Part shown: positions 11,800 to 23,540 of the stretch, piece after piece
Layout of the letters: each line of letters starts with the position of its first letter
How positions within the stretch are numbered: the stretch's first letter is position 1
DNA from: Ginkgo biloba
Lineage: Eukaryota > Plantae > Ginkgophyta
Reading direction: 5' to 3'
Assembly: GCA_024626585.2 (NCBI GenBank)
Contig: JANKJI020000004.1
Span: 143,680,485 to 143,707,724, forward strand
DNA length: 27,240 nucleotides
The notes under the pieces: model-generated
Database searches by the model: none
What the model was told of the DNA's origin: nothing
What the model saw: the letters and a program-made list of their open reading frames with translations, nothing else
Position numbers and translations under genes: made by a program

Positions 11800-13227
11800 T
11801 TGGACTATTATTTGGATGATAGTTTTCTCTACAAGTTAGGTAGGTTATGTTTTTTATACGGTTATGGTAGGATATAGTTATTGAAAGAGGAACATTGTTA
11901 TTTGGAGGGTTGAAAATTTATTTTTTCCTAAACTCTTTGTCACCTTTAAAGGTATCTATTTTGGACAAGTATGCAAAAGTATATTGAGATTTTCATCTGC
12001 CAATTTTTACTTTACATCTAGTTGAAGCATAAAAATAGGAAGGTGAGTTTATAGACCTTGAAAATCCTAGACCATGGATTCTAGACCTTGAAAATCCTTT
12101 TCCATGTATTTCATTAGTGTATTTACTATGACTTATTAGCATCTTGATTTAGCATTTATGATTAGGGATCAATTTAGAAAAAGATAATTTTTCATTTCTT
12201 GTGCTAAATCCATTGATTCCCCAATGCTTTCTCAACTTTTACTTGTTCATGTGTAGATTAAATTTGGGATCACTTATAGTATTATTTATGATAGGGATTC
12301 ATTATTTTTTAGCTAATTTTGGTATTTACTTTAGATATCATTTGGTATTTCTCTAGATTTATCCATTGCATATCATCCACAAATTAATGTCTAGAATAAC
12401 ATATTGAACTATACTCTTCTTCATACCTTGCACATATACAACTAGGTTAATATTAAGAGTTGGGATATTTATTTGAAATACATTTAACATGGGTATAATA
12501 ATTATTTACATTCTTATATAGGATGATCCTCTTTTAAGGCTTATCTTATTTTGTATCCCCTTGCACCCTTTAAGTGTCTAGTTAATTTACCATATGCATC
12601 CACTCATCATGATTTTATAGAGAAGTATATATCTAGTTATTTAATTAAACATTTATAATAAATTCACTCACAAATTCAAGATATTTTGGTGAATACTCAA
12701 ACCAATAATAATTCCTTCCATGATAGGAATTTGGTTTCAAACCACTTTAAGGTGCTATATAGCATGTAGGTTAACTTAGATAAGTGATGGTCTTAGATAC
12801 AAATTTATTATAGACTAAAATATCTTCACTATGGTCCTTATACTATTATTTAGGAGTTTGGTCCTAATTATTTTGGGATTGATCTTCCACCATACTTGGA
12901 CATCCATCCCTTTCTCAATGTAGATAGTATAAAGTTATATATGAGACTCCTTTTTTAAAGAAAAAGATGGATATTCAATTTTATTCCTAACAAGTTCATC
13001 GCTCTAAGAGATTAATTCTAAATTATTAACTACTTAAATAGTAGGATATCCTCTTCAACATCAAGCTATAAACTACACACACTAGTTTCTATGTATCCTA
13101 CCTTGTGGGAGAGAATGGATAACTTTCACACCAAACTCGATGATAATTTATTCAATAGTTAGAACACCTATTTCCTCACTTGGTTCTAAACATAATGGAT
13201 ACCATTGAAATATAATCAAATAGGAAT
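11800..13227 (+). pseudogene. Integrase remnant with GPY/F motif and C-terminal tail
   Basis: SRP*KSFSMYF, FGITYSIIYDRDS, AYHPQ, YGPYTI...DLPPYLDIHP.LNV, terminal FPHL. Confidence 0.88.
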
Positions 13228-13398
13228 TGATATGTCATTCATCCATCTTTACACATCTTCCTATAATTCACATCAATATTTTCTTGGTTATTTACTCATT
13301 GATTTCTATAGGCTTATGAGTATTTTGTACAAGTCCTAACTATGCATTAACTTAAGTGAGAACTAAAGTATTTAGTGGTAATTAGGGAGCTTGCATGC
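13228..13398 (+). repeat. Start of the 3' LTR of the CRM-like element (cut by a gap)
   Basis: TGATATG follows the pol end and an eroded purine-rich tract. It may continue past the gap at 13399-13498. Confidence 0.5.
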
Positions 13399-14423
13399 NN
13401 NNNNNNNNNNNNNNNNNNNNNNNNNNNNNNNNNNNNNNNNNNNNNNNNNNNNNNNNNNNNNNNNNNNNNNNNNNNNNNNNNNNNNNNNNNNNNNNNNNTC
13501 TAAAAGTTAATTATTTCTCCATTTAGAAAAAAATGTGTTTAAGGAAGATTTTATGTGTTTCCAATTTCTATTTTCTCTTGAATTTTTCTAGAATTCAAGT
13601 TGTGAGGATTGCATGTAAGTTTCAAACACGGTTATCTTTTTATTCTCTTGAAATATATTTTAATTAAATGAATTGTAGTTAATAAGATTGAAATATCTTG
13701 ACTCACCCATTGGGATATAATCAGTGGGTAGCTCTAGACAAAGAATTTTCCCATAACTAGTGTAACTTATTAAAAATTAGTAAATACTTAGTATACATGA
13801 TTACATGAATTTATTGTACCTATAAGGAATGTGTGAGAGGGAATATTTAGTTATGTTATTGATAGTTCAAGGGAGAAAGAAGCCAATAATTATTGGTATT
13901 TTCCCTAGGAGATTATTAATGATTCAAATAGAAGATGAAGGGATAGGGCTTCCTTAACTATCTCTATAGGTGAATATAACCAATGAGTGATCTTGCATTA
14001 TGATATTATGTTCTTATTAATTCATGGTTAATAAAATAAACTAACTTAAGTCTCTAATCATAATTCTATTAGTCATATCTTTTTTAATATCCCAAAATTA
14101 AATGTAAGGGCATCATCCCACCATTTTTCCTACATTGGGATCTTCTTACTTTGTTAATGCTAGTTTGTTGGAACCTTTTTATAGAATAAGGAAATCATAT
14201 TATTTGATTTATATGTTTTTATTTGATTTGGAACAACTACTTATTTAATTTTTTTTATACTTTTGACTCTAAAGGTATCTTTGCTACATTAAGCCACCTC
14301 TCTATTTTTTTTAAAATTCATGACCCCTTTAAGGTGTAGGGGAAAAGAATATTACTTAAAGGAAGAATAGTATCTTAATACACTTATATTTGAATATGTG
14401 ATTACTAATTTCTTATTACTGCA

Positions 14424-15145
14424 TTATGTTCCTCAAAGAGCTAGCATATGGTTCTATGGAGTCAAGCTCATTAAGGGGCTATACCCATGGGGAATTTGTT
14501 TAGAGAGTTTTTCATCATTTAGGGTTTTCTCTCATTAGCTTCTATTTATTTACTTAACTTATGGATATGTATGGACAATAGATTTTCAAGGGAATATTAC
14601 TAATTGAATCATTCTTATTATTACATCCATATATTTTATTTTGAGGTTAGCATAGGTTGGTTGTAGCATGCAAGTGCATGTTCCTATTTTAGTCTTGTGC
14701 TATGTTTGGAATCGAGATTTTGTAAAAAGAAATATGTTGCCTGAAGTTATCACACTTTTGATATTTTAATATTTGGTCATTGTGATTTTTATATTTGGTC
14801 AAGGTCTTGTAGTTTTTCTCTTACTTTAAGTCTTATGACTTATGCATAACAATCTTGTGGAATAATANNNNNNNNNNNNNNNNNNNNNTCTTGTGGAGTT
14901 TCATGCTTGTATCTTTGCTTTGAATCTTGTCCATGATGTGGAAAGAATGCGCATTGATCTTGTAATACAATTATATTAATGCACAAAGTATCTTTTAGAT
15001 GATTATGTAGGTATTGGAGGCTTTAAGAAGTTAGTATAAGTAATTTTCTTGGGCCACGTGTAAAGGTGCACACTTTTGGCAGCTTTCTACGATTTTTTGG
15101 GCTTTTGAATTTTATATTGTGCTAGTATGTGAAAATACATGCATT
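14424..15145 (+). repeat. Second copy of the 3415-4322 LTR family (solo or 5' LTR, truncated by a gap)
   Basis: Collinear shared blocks ATGTTCC...GAG.TAGCA.TGGTTCTAT, AGGTTAGCATAGGTTGGTTG.AGCATGCA and TTCTT.GGCCACGT..AAAGG; no PPT directly upstream. Confidence 0.8.
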
Positions 15146-15245
15146 NNNNNNNNNNNNNNNNNNNNNNNNNNNNNNNNNNNNNNNNNNNNNNNNNNNNNNN
15201 NNNNNNNNNNNNNNNNNNNNNNNNNNNNNNNNNNNNNNNNNNNNN

Positions 15246-15473
15246 TGCCCATCTCCCAATTTTTTCGCTAAGCTCAGGTCGAGACAATAAGTACTTTAGC
15301 AGATTTTGGGGAACCCGAGCTACAGTATGACGTCCTAGAAGATAATGTCGAAATTTTTGGACGGCAAAGACTAAGGTAAAACATTGTCATTCAATTTCTA
15401 TGTACTTGAGTTGATAATCAACTAAAGCCCTACTTTCATAGAAGATAGGCCTTTTATCTTTTTGATCGTCCTT
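15246..15473 (-). pseudogene. Ty3/gypsy (Tat/Athila-type) RNase H fragment
   Basis: KDDQKDKRPIFYESRALVDYQLKYIEIE*QCFTLVFAVQKFRHYLLGRHTVARVPQNLLKYLLSRPELSEKIGRWA, with a single TGA at 15387-15389. Confidence 0.9.
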
Positions 15474-16050
15474 CCTTATCTGTAGTCGTGAATACAGGTT
15501 TAGTTGAGTATGAGATATTGGTTCGATCCATCCGGGAGGGCCTAAAGCTTCCATGCAAATAGTGGCAACCAAGAAGGGCATAGGAAATGGGCAGCCTGAC
15601 ATTTGTGAAGCGATACAATGTTCTTTGAGTCCATCGGCCAACCAGGGGGCCCAAGCATAGAGATGTCCTGCAACCGACTTTAAAGTCAAAGTGACCCATT
15701 GCCAGGTTAAATATGTGTTGACGTCTGAGCAACCTAGCTATAATGCGGGTTGCTCATTTTTCTCCTTCATCAACAATGCGATTGATATGAAAACCATTAG
15801 ACTTTCTCCAAACCTTTATCTCGTCACAACTAGGGTACAATCTTTGAATAACCCATTCCTTCTTTGTCCCTTTGGCTTCTTCTTTGAGATCAACGGTAGT
15901 GCCTTCCAGGGGCAGTGCGGTTACCCTTGTTATCAATTCTCCGTCAACATGAACAATTTGGTCATAGAACCAAAATGCTCCTGACTCAAAGCGGTGGAGC
16001 ATTTCTACTATCATAGGATATGGTAGCTACAACATTGGTGCTTTAACATA
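15474..16050 (-). pseudogene. Retrotransposon accessory ORF fragment (plant transposon protein-like), disrupted
   Basis: MLHRFESGAFWFYDQIVHVDGELITRVTALPLEG...GFHINRIVD..., stop at 15754-15756, frameshift near 15715, then WAPWLADGLKEHCIASQMSGCPFPMPFLV. Resembles accessory ORFs of gymnosperm non-chromovirus gypsy elements, from memory only. Confidence 0.6.
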
Positions 16051-18925
16051 ATTGATCACTTATCCAACTCCAATAATATGAAAGTACATCCCTATTTAAT
16101 TTACTAATGTTTTATAATTGAATATAAGTAATATAATATATTGGGGGTTATTACTTGGTATAAGTCATCTCTTAAACTCATTAGATGATTCTCTCCTAAA
16201 CCCTAATGATGAAGTTGGGGTACATATCTAGTAACTCAGATAATAGTTGATGATATTACTTAAAGAGGAACTATATACCTTATGGACCCTATAAGAAGGA
16301 TTTTATAGTATATAAATACTATTTCCTTATACTTAGAGAGAGTTCATAAAGTCATCCCATACTTGTACGTAATAGAAATATCACCCAACCACCCTAAACT
16401 TTTTATGAAAAGGTCCCCTATAATCAGCCAAAAGGACATTAATACATATAAGGTTAGACAATATTTATGAAGAGAAATCCCAGTAGTATAAAAGTGCATA
16501 GTGATGGAATCCCTCTAAACTAATAATTAAACTTGAGGGCTACAAGTGAATTTATAAGTATGTATAAAATACATAATTAACATAAAAAATGGAGAATATG
16601 GTAAATCCTACATAATGGAATAGCTATTAGTTAAACTCACATTCAAATTAAAGTGTTCCTCTTTAAGTAGGCTTAGGAAGAATATATAAAAGTAGCCCGA
16701 GATTAGGGATTGAGAGGAGGGAACTAAACTATTTTCTAAATTATTATTTAGTTAGGAGATAAGAAGGTTTAAGTTATGTGAATTATTTATCTCAACTAGT
16801 AATGTATATCCCTATCTTGATTCCTTATCTCATTTGGACATCTTGGGATAGTCCATAATTATAATACTATTACTACTACCGACCTTTATTGTATTGATAT
16901 GAATATTAGGATACAATTTTTTAATTCCATTAGGAATATGATGGTAAATGTATGGATTATATAAAATAATTTATAATGAAATGATTAAACCATTTAGACA
17001 GTAATTATCTCTAGGAAATACCATTGTATGATATCCATGTTGGTCCTAAATGATGTTTAGTTTTTTTGTTTTTTTTTTTAAATAATGAAGGTATGATTGG
17101 ATGATGCTTATCATTACCCCAAAAAATTATTATAGTCATATTAATTATGAATATTGAGGTCAATAGTAGGTTGTTATAGACAGGGTTCTTAGATTTAAGA
17201 TTGGTCCCTCTACTTATTTCCATCTTGTTTGGAAAGTTTTTCTTGTCATTACCATTTGATGATATATTTTATGAACCTTTAGTATGTACACACTTTGAAG
17301 GGAAGTTTTTTTGTTTTATTTCTTCCNNNNNNNNNNNNNNNNNNNNNNNNNNNNNNNNNNNNNNNNNNNNNNNNNNNNNNNNNNNNNNNNNNNNNNNNNN
17401 NNNNNNNNNNNNNNNNNNNNNNNNNNTTTCATTTATATAATATGGTATTTTGTCATGAATTATGACAGATTTCCCTTCATTTAACTTATCGTACACATTT
17501 ACACCTATTGTTGGCAATTGCTAATTTTTAAATTGCATTCTTTATGTTATGATTTGGGACAACTCATTATTTTTCTTTGTCATAAGGTTCTATAAACTTT
17601 TTCCTTATCACATATTTTTTCTCATTTTGTATCCCTAGACACCCATTTTATAGTTTTCTATATTATTCTATGGCTAGTGACATTAAATTCTATTTCATTA
17701 AAGTTTCTAAATACTGAGAACCTTTATCCCCTTTTCAAATGATATTTATCCCTATTATATCTATATACCACTTCCACGCTATTTTCATGTGGTGATAAAT
17801 AGTTAAACTCTTTTCACTATCATATAGATTAAAAACTTTAATGTTATTTTAAGTGGTTGAATCTACATATGACCCTTAAACCCTTATCACCTATTTCTAT
17901 CATATTCATCCTCCATTGAATTTATAGCATTCATATATATAAATCCTTCATGCTTCTTTAGAATTTGACATTATTATAAATTATTTATCTTACTTTAACT
18001 CATCACTCATTGTTTTACATTGCCATTATTTAATTCTTGTATCATTTTACATTTCCTTATGATAATTTTTCTCATTTTCAACTCAATTTATTAAGTTCTT
18101 GGAGAAGAACTATTATGAATTATTATTATTTTTTTTTAAATTATGATTTCTTGTTTAATTTTATGTACTTATTATCCTTTCACTAATATTCTTTAGAAGT
18201 TTATTCAATATATAAAAATGCTCAAATATAGCTAGAGGTTATGGAGTGTGATGCTTCACTCCCTTAGGGTTTTAATTTTGGCATCAAGCCTCCATGGAGG
18301 CCCTTCTCATCCCTTAACCTATGTAGGTTTGGTATAATGATGAAGGAGTCTTGGGATAACTAAGAGAAAGGGGGAGGAGGGGATCCACTGGGAGGGTCAA
18401 TGCCAGTGGATCATTACTTGGGCATTTTCCCTCTATTCTCATAGGTGGCCCCTTTTTATTTCTCTTATCCTATTGGTTGACTCCAATTTCTCTTCATTTT
18501 ATGGTCTATGGTGGGTGCTTACCACTCTCTATGGTGGTGGGTTTTTTTTTCTATGTGGTGTTAGTGTAGGTCTATAGAGATGGTTCTACAATGTTAGTTT
18601 TAGTCTATGGAGGCTATGCTTATGGTTGTATGGTGATGGTCTAAGACGGTTGTGTCTATGGTTGGGTTTCCTTTAGAGTTTCAATTCAAAGGCTGTGGGA
18701 TTTAGAGTTAGTGGTGGCCTCATTGTTATGGCCTCATGGGATTTACAATTCAATATTATGGATGGATCCTATGGAGCATTTCCTCTCTCATGGTGTTGAG
18801 AGTGAGATTCCTCCTATTGTTGCTTAGGTGTGGCTTTTTTGTTTTGTGCTATGTGTAGGTGGATCCTATTATGGGGGTTTAATTCTTAGTATTTTGATAG
18901 TTTAGTGTCTATCTGATGCCTTACA

Positions 18926-18935
18926 TGGTATCTGA
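18926..18935 (+). promoter_or_regulatory. Possible tRNA-iMet primer-binding site after an LTR-like end
   Basis: ...CCTTACA followed by TGGTATCTGA (9/10 match to TGGTATCAGA). The matching LTR start was not identified. Confidence 0.4.
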
Positions 18936-19859
18936 TGGTCAATTTTTTTAGATTTTAGGGTTATTTTTTGGCGCCCTATGTGGTGACCAAGTCTTTTTTT
19001 AACTAAGAGAAGTACCTCATCTCTACATGAAGGTCAATGTCAAGGATTCTTGGTCTCAAAAGTGGATAGCCGCGAGGCTATCCACCTTTGTTGTATGATA
19101 TAATTTTTTTCATCTTGTGAATAGAATAATATATTTTAAGCAAAAAAAAAAAAATATATATANNNNNNNNNNNNNNNNNNNNNNNNNNNNNNNNNNNNNN
19201 NNNNNNNNNNNNNNNNNNNNNNNNNNNNNNNNNNNNNNNNNNNNNNNNNNNNNNNNNNNNNNTGTATCTTATTAGATATAAATCAATTTGAAGATACATA
19301 TATTAAATGTTGTATTAAATTAGGCTATCTTTTCAAAAAGGTTAAGAACGAAGATAATTTTTTTAGTATCACCTTATTGTCACCCCTCTTATATCTATAT
19401 ATTAAAATTTATAATTTGCATTGAAACATAATTGGAGAAAGTCCTGTGATTGTTGAATAAAAGGGTTGAAATTTGAAAATAAGTGATCTCTTATNNNNNN
19501 NNNNNNNNNNNNNNNNNNNNNNNNNNNNNNNNNNNNNNNNNNNNNNNNNNNNNNNNNNNNNNNNNNNNNNNNNNNNTGCGCTCTAGTTATTGTTAATCAT
19601 TTTTTGTACCAAGATTTATGGATTTATGCTACATTTTATTTCCATACAGAGAATTTATCTTAAAGATTTTTAATCTTTAAAGAAAATAAGTACTAAAATT
19701 GGTTAATATACTTGAGGAAGTAAGAAATAGATTAAAAGAGATATAAATAATAATAAATAAAGCATTGAGGTGGTTTGTGAATGGGAGAACCTCTAGGGTG
19801 ATTGCTTATCTAATAACATAGTTAGTGAACAACATTTCTAGTAATTTTATAGGTGCAAC

Positions 19860-20350
19860 CATAAATATTAAGGGATCCTCTCTAAGACTTCCCTTGTTTT
19901 ATGGATGTGGAGATGGATAAATGCATATCTATATATGTGAATAAATATAGAATTCAAAAGTCTAATTGATGATGATATTAAATGTAAAGTGTTTATTATG
20001 ATTCTCAAAGGACCATCTCAAGATTGGTATAGAAAGAAAAATATAGTTCATAACAGAGAAAAGTAGAATGATGTTGAATCTACATATAAGGACACATATG
20101 CATGTTTATAACCTATGCACACAACATTTAATAAGCTAAAGAACCTTCAAAAAATGGGGTACAATTTCATCAAAGATTATAATGTAAGATTTAAAGCCTT
20201 ATTAGGTAAGTTTACCTATATAATTCTAGAAGAATAAAATATTGATTGGTTTGTTTCTATATTGACATAAAGAATAATAGCTCAAGTAAAGTAGGGTAGC
20301 CTAAGAATATATCAAGTTGTATATAAATTTGCTTAGATGGAGGAAGAATA
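19860..20350 (+). pseudogene. Ty3/gypsy (Athila/Tat-like) gag remnant
   Basis: LRLPLFYG...ICE*I*...DDDIK...LKGPSQDWY...KLKNLQK...DYNVRFKALL...DWFV, the retrotransposon gag pattern with many stops. Confidence 0.8.
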
Positions 20351-21138
20351 TAATTGGATAATAATAGGTGTTGTAGAAAGGAAAAATTAGCTTTCTTATA
20401 TAGTAAAAGAATTACAAAATTCAATGGATAAATTGGCCAACAAGTCTANNNNNNNNNNNNNNNNNNNNNNNNNNNNNNNNNNNNNNNNNNNNNNNNNNNN
20501 NNNNNNNNNNNNNNNNNNNNNNNNNNNNNNNNNNNNNNNNNNNNNNNNTAATTAATAATAAAACTTTAGAAAATGTGAATGATTAAATAAATTTTTTAAA
20601 ATAAAATTTAAAATTCTTGTAGCCTATTTATCTCTCCCTATGGTTGTCGTAGTTTTTCCCTCCTCATGATGACCTATACAACACTGCGGGCAACCCATAA
20701 TGGCCCTAAAAACCTTTGGTGATGGCCCTAGGGACCATTGATCCTATCCACTCTCCTATAAGAGATTATCCTTTGATGGTGGCCCTTATGAGGGATTATA
20801 AACCTTAAAAATACCTTTGTAATATTTCATATAGCCTGTGAGGGTTAATAACAACTCTACATCCCATGAGGGTTTCAACTTGATGACAACAAACTCATAG
20901 GATGAAGGGAGATCCACCCCACTACAAACACTCACTAAACAATGGTTGTTCTGGTCTTCACACTCTTCGTCAACCCATGAAAGTTTATCTTAATTTTTTT
21001 ATGAATATTTCCTTTCNNNNNNNNNNNNNNNNNNNNNNNNNNNNNNNNNNNNNNNNNNNNNNNNNAAATTTGTCTTAAGCTCTTCTTTTCAATTCTTGTT
21101 CCTGCAAATAGTTAACAACCAACCATGAAGACACACTA

Positions 21139-21150
21139 GCTCTAATACCA
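21139..21150 (-). promoter_or_regulatory. tRNA-iMet primer-binding site
   Basis: Minus strand TGGTATTAGAGC (11/12 match to TGGTATCAGAGC) directly after ...TAACA. Confidence 0.8.
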
Positions 21151-21568
21151 TGTTATAAAGATAATTGTTAGGATATTTATGTCCCTATGGTGTTAGAAAG
21201 ATAATTTTTAGGATCTTTGTGGCTCTATGGTAATGTATAGGTCAAATTATGAGTAAAATATGCATACTCATAAAAATAATAATAATCAAGATAATATCAA
21301 TAACATAAACAAAGCATGAGCAAAATCATAAGATACAATCATCCATAATAGATACAATGACACAAGACATAGAGTGGAAAATCCAATATGGGAAAAAACA
21401 CTTTAGAAATAGGATATCTTACTTTTGTGTATCACTTGCATCACACGCTTATCCATCTTCATTAGAGAGAAAATACTTTATAGATTACATTGATAAAGAA
21501 ATATCCTCTAATCTAGACTATTAAAGATAAATCTAATATCAAGATAAAACATTTGAGGGTGAGTGGAT
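21151..21568 (-). repeat. 5' LTR (3' part) of a minus-strand element, cut by a gap
   Basis: Ends ...TAACA against the PBS and contains GTGGAAAATCC...GGGAAAAAACAC, a motif I associate with plant copia LTRs. Confidence 0.65.
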
Positions 21569-21638
21569 NNNNNNNNNNNNNNNNNNNNNNNNNNNNNNNN
21601 NNNNNNNNNNNNNNNNNNNNNNNNNNNNNNNNNNNNNN

Positions 21639-21875
21639 TTAAAGAAAAATAGGATGATGAAGATTATTTGAATTAAAGACTTATGATATTGAATGAATTA
21701 GAAGAGGAAAAATCCATATTATGTAAGAAAAAATGAAGAAGATACATGATAAAAATATAAAGGGAATAATAATTCATCATGGAGATCTTATGCTTCTCTA
21801 TGATGGTAAATATAAGAACATAAATGGAAAAATAAAAACAAATGGTGTGGACCATATTTTTTGGATAAATTGTAT
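21639..21875 (+). pseudogene. Athila/Tat-like integrase C-terminal fragment, copy 2 (between two gaps)
   Basis: DDEDYLN*RLMILNELEE...IHDKNIKG...GDLMLLYDGKYKNINGKIK, then TGGTGTGGACCATAT (WCGPY) after a frameshift; close homolog of 23129-23380. Confidence 0.85.
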
Positions 21876-21975
21876 NNNNNNNNNNNNNNNNNNNNNNNNN
21901 NNNNNNNNNNNNNNNNNNNNNNNNNNNNNNNNNNNNNNNNNNNNNNNNNNNNNNNNNNNNNNNNNNNNNNNNNNN

Positions 21976-23467
21976 TTAAAATTTTATATATTATTTATTA
22001 GGTATTAAGTTTGAGTTGTATATAGATCATCAAGATTTAAAGTATAATCCATGAAATAAGGTATATTAAGGAGATGGATTATACTACTATAAGAGAATGA
22101 ATTTGAGATCTTTTTGAAGCATAAAAAATTACATATAAGATGAAATAATTTGTCAAGAGTAAATACAAGAGATAATAAGAAAATCAATGATGAATTTCTA
22201 TATGTCAATTTGCTTATAATTAATATTACATAAAATTAATTTAGATATTTTTTTTAAATTTTTCATAATAGGTATAGAACTAAAGGAATTGTTGGGCTTA
22301 GAAATAAATAACTTGGTAATAAGGTTGTTGGAATGTACCCTGATTGGAGAGAAATTATATAATTTTGATAAAGGTGAATTACTTTGAGAATTTTTAATGC
22401 CTAAGGGAATACTATAAATCTTAAGGGAGGCACATGAAGTAATAAAATCATATCATAATTCAAGTGATTTGACAAAAATGAAATGTTTATTAGATAGATT
22501 GTGGTGGCCTACTATGTTCACATAAGTATATGTTTGTACAAAGAGGTGTGATGTTTGTAGGAGAGTGGAAAAACCAATTGTAAATGATTTTATTCCTTTT
22601 AATCATATAAAGGAATAATTTCCTTTAGATAAATAGGGAATTAATTTTGTGTGACTAATTAAACCACTAGGAAGGAAAACATAAGAAATAATATCACTAT
22701 AGAAATAGATTATATTGATAAATGGGTTGAAGAAAGAGATAGAAAGGATAATAATGCTAAAACAAATATAAAATTATTGTATTAATTTTTTATTATAAGA
22801 TTTGGATATCTAGTGAAATTGATCAGTGATAGAGGAACTTACTTCCTAAATAGAATGTTTAAAACTATGACAATTGAATTTATGATTCAACATAGGAAAA
22901 TCACTCCATATTGGCTAACTCTTATAATAAGATTCTTTGTAATATGCTTACTAAGACATGTGAAGAGGGTAGAAAGGATTGGAATAATAAGTTATATGAT
23001 GTATTACATGATTTTAGAATGAATTTCAAGAAATCCATAGGAAGACCCATTTTCAATTGGTATATGGATATGAGGTATTTTTTCTTATGGAATTTCTAGT
23101 TCCAATCCTAAGGATTATAGTTAAATAAAAATTGGATGATGAAGATTATTTAAAATAAAGATTTATGAAATTGAATGAGTTGAAAGAGTAAATATCCGTA
23201 GCTCTTTGGCAACAGTAAACTATACAAGATAGAATGACAAAGATACATGATAGAAATATAAAGGGGATGAGAATTAATAGTAGAGATCTTGCACTTCTTT
23301 ATGATAGTAAATATAAGAATATGAAAGGAAAACTCAAAACAACATGGTGTGGACCATACATTTTAGAGAAACTATATAAAAATCGATATGCTAAATTATC
23401 TAAGTTATCAAGTGAGTTGGTACTAGAAAAAGTTAATGGTGCTAGCCTCAAATTGTTCAGGGAGTGA
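21976..23467 (+). pseudogene. Athila/Tat-like Ty3/gypsy RNase H C-terminus plus full integrase remnant
   Basis: YLLG...IDHQDLKY...RWIILL*E; ILREAHE...H...LWWPTMF...CDVCRR (HHCC); KWVE; RFG...LISDRGTYFLN; PFQLVYG; KGKLKTTWCGPY...VNGASLKLFRE*. Confidence 0.93.
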
Positions 23468-23537
23468 TCAATGAAAATATTGGTTCAAGCTTAAATATGT
23501 AAAATTTGTGTATTAAGTTTTGAAGAAAAATAACAAT

Positions 23538-23540
<3 letters not shown>

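Larger units (their letters stand above)
8945..13227 (+). mobile_element. Degenerate Ty3/gypsy chromovirus (CRM-like) gag-pol, near full length
   Basis: Domain order gag, PR, RT, RH, INT, C-terminal tail running up to a TGATATG LTR start; numerous stops and frameshifts. Confidence 0.92.

Noticed and set aside
16060-18240. Possible gag-pol on the minus strand
   Set aside because: I could not recover any diagnostic motif, so it is left unassigned.
18968-18980. TGGCGCCC as a tRNA-Lys-type PBS
   Set aside because: No LTR-terminal CA immediately upstream, and the match is short.
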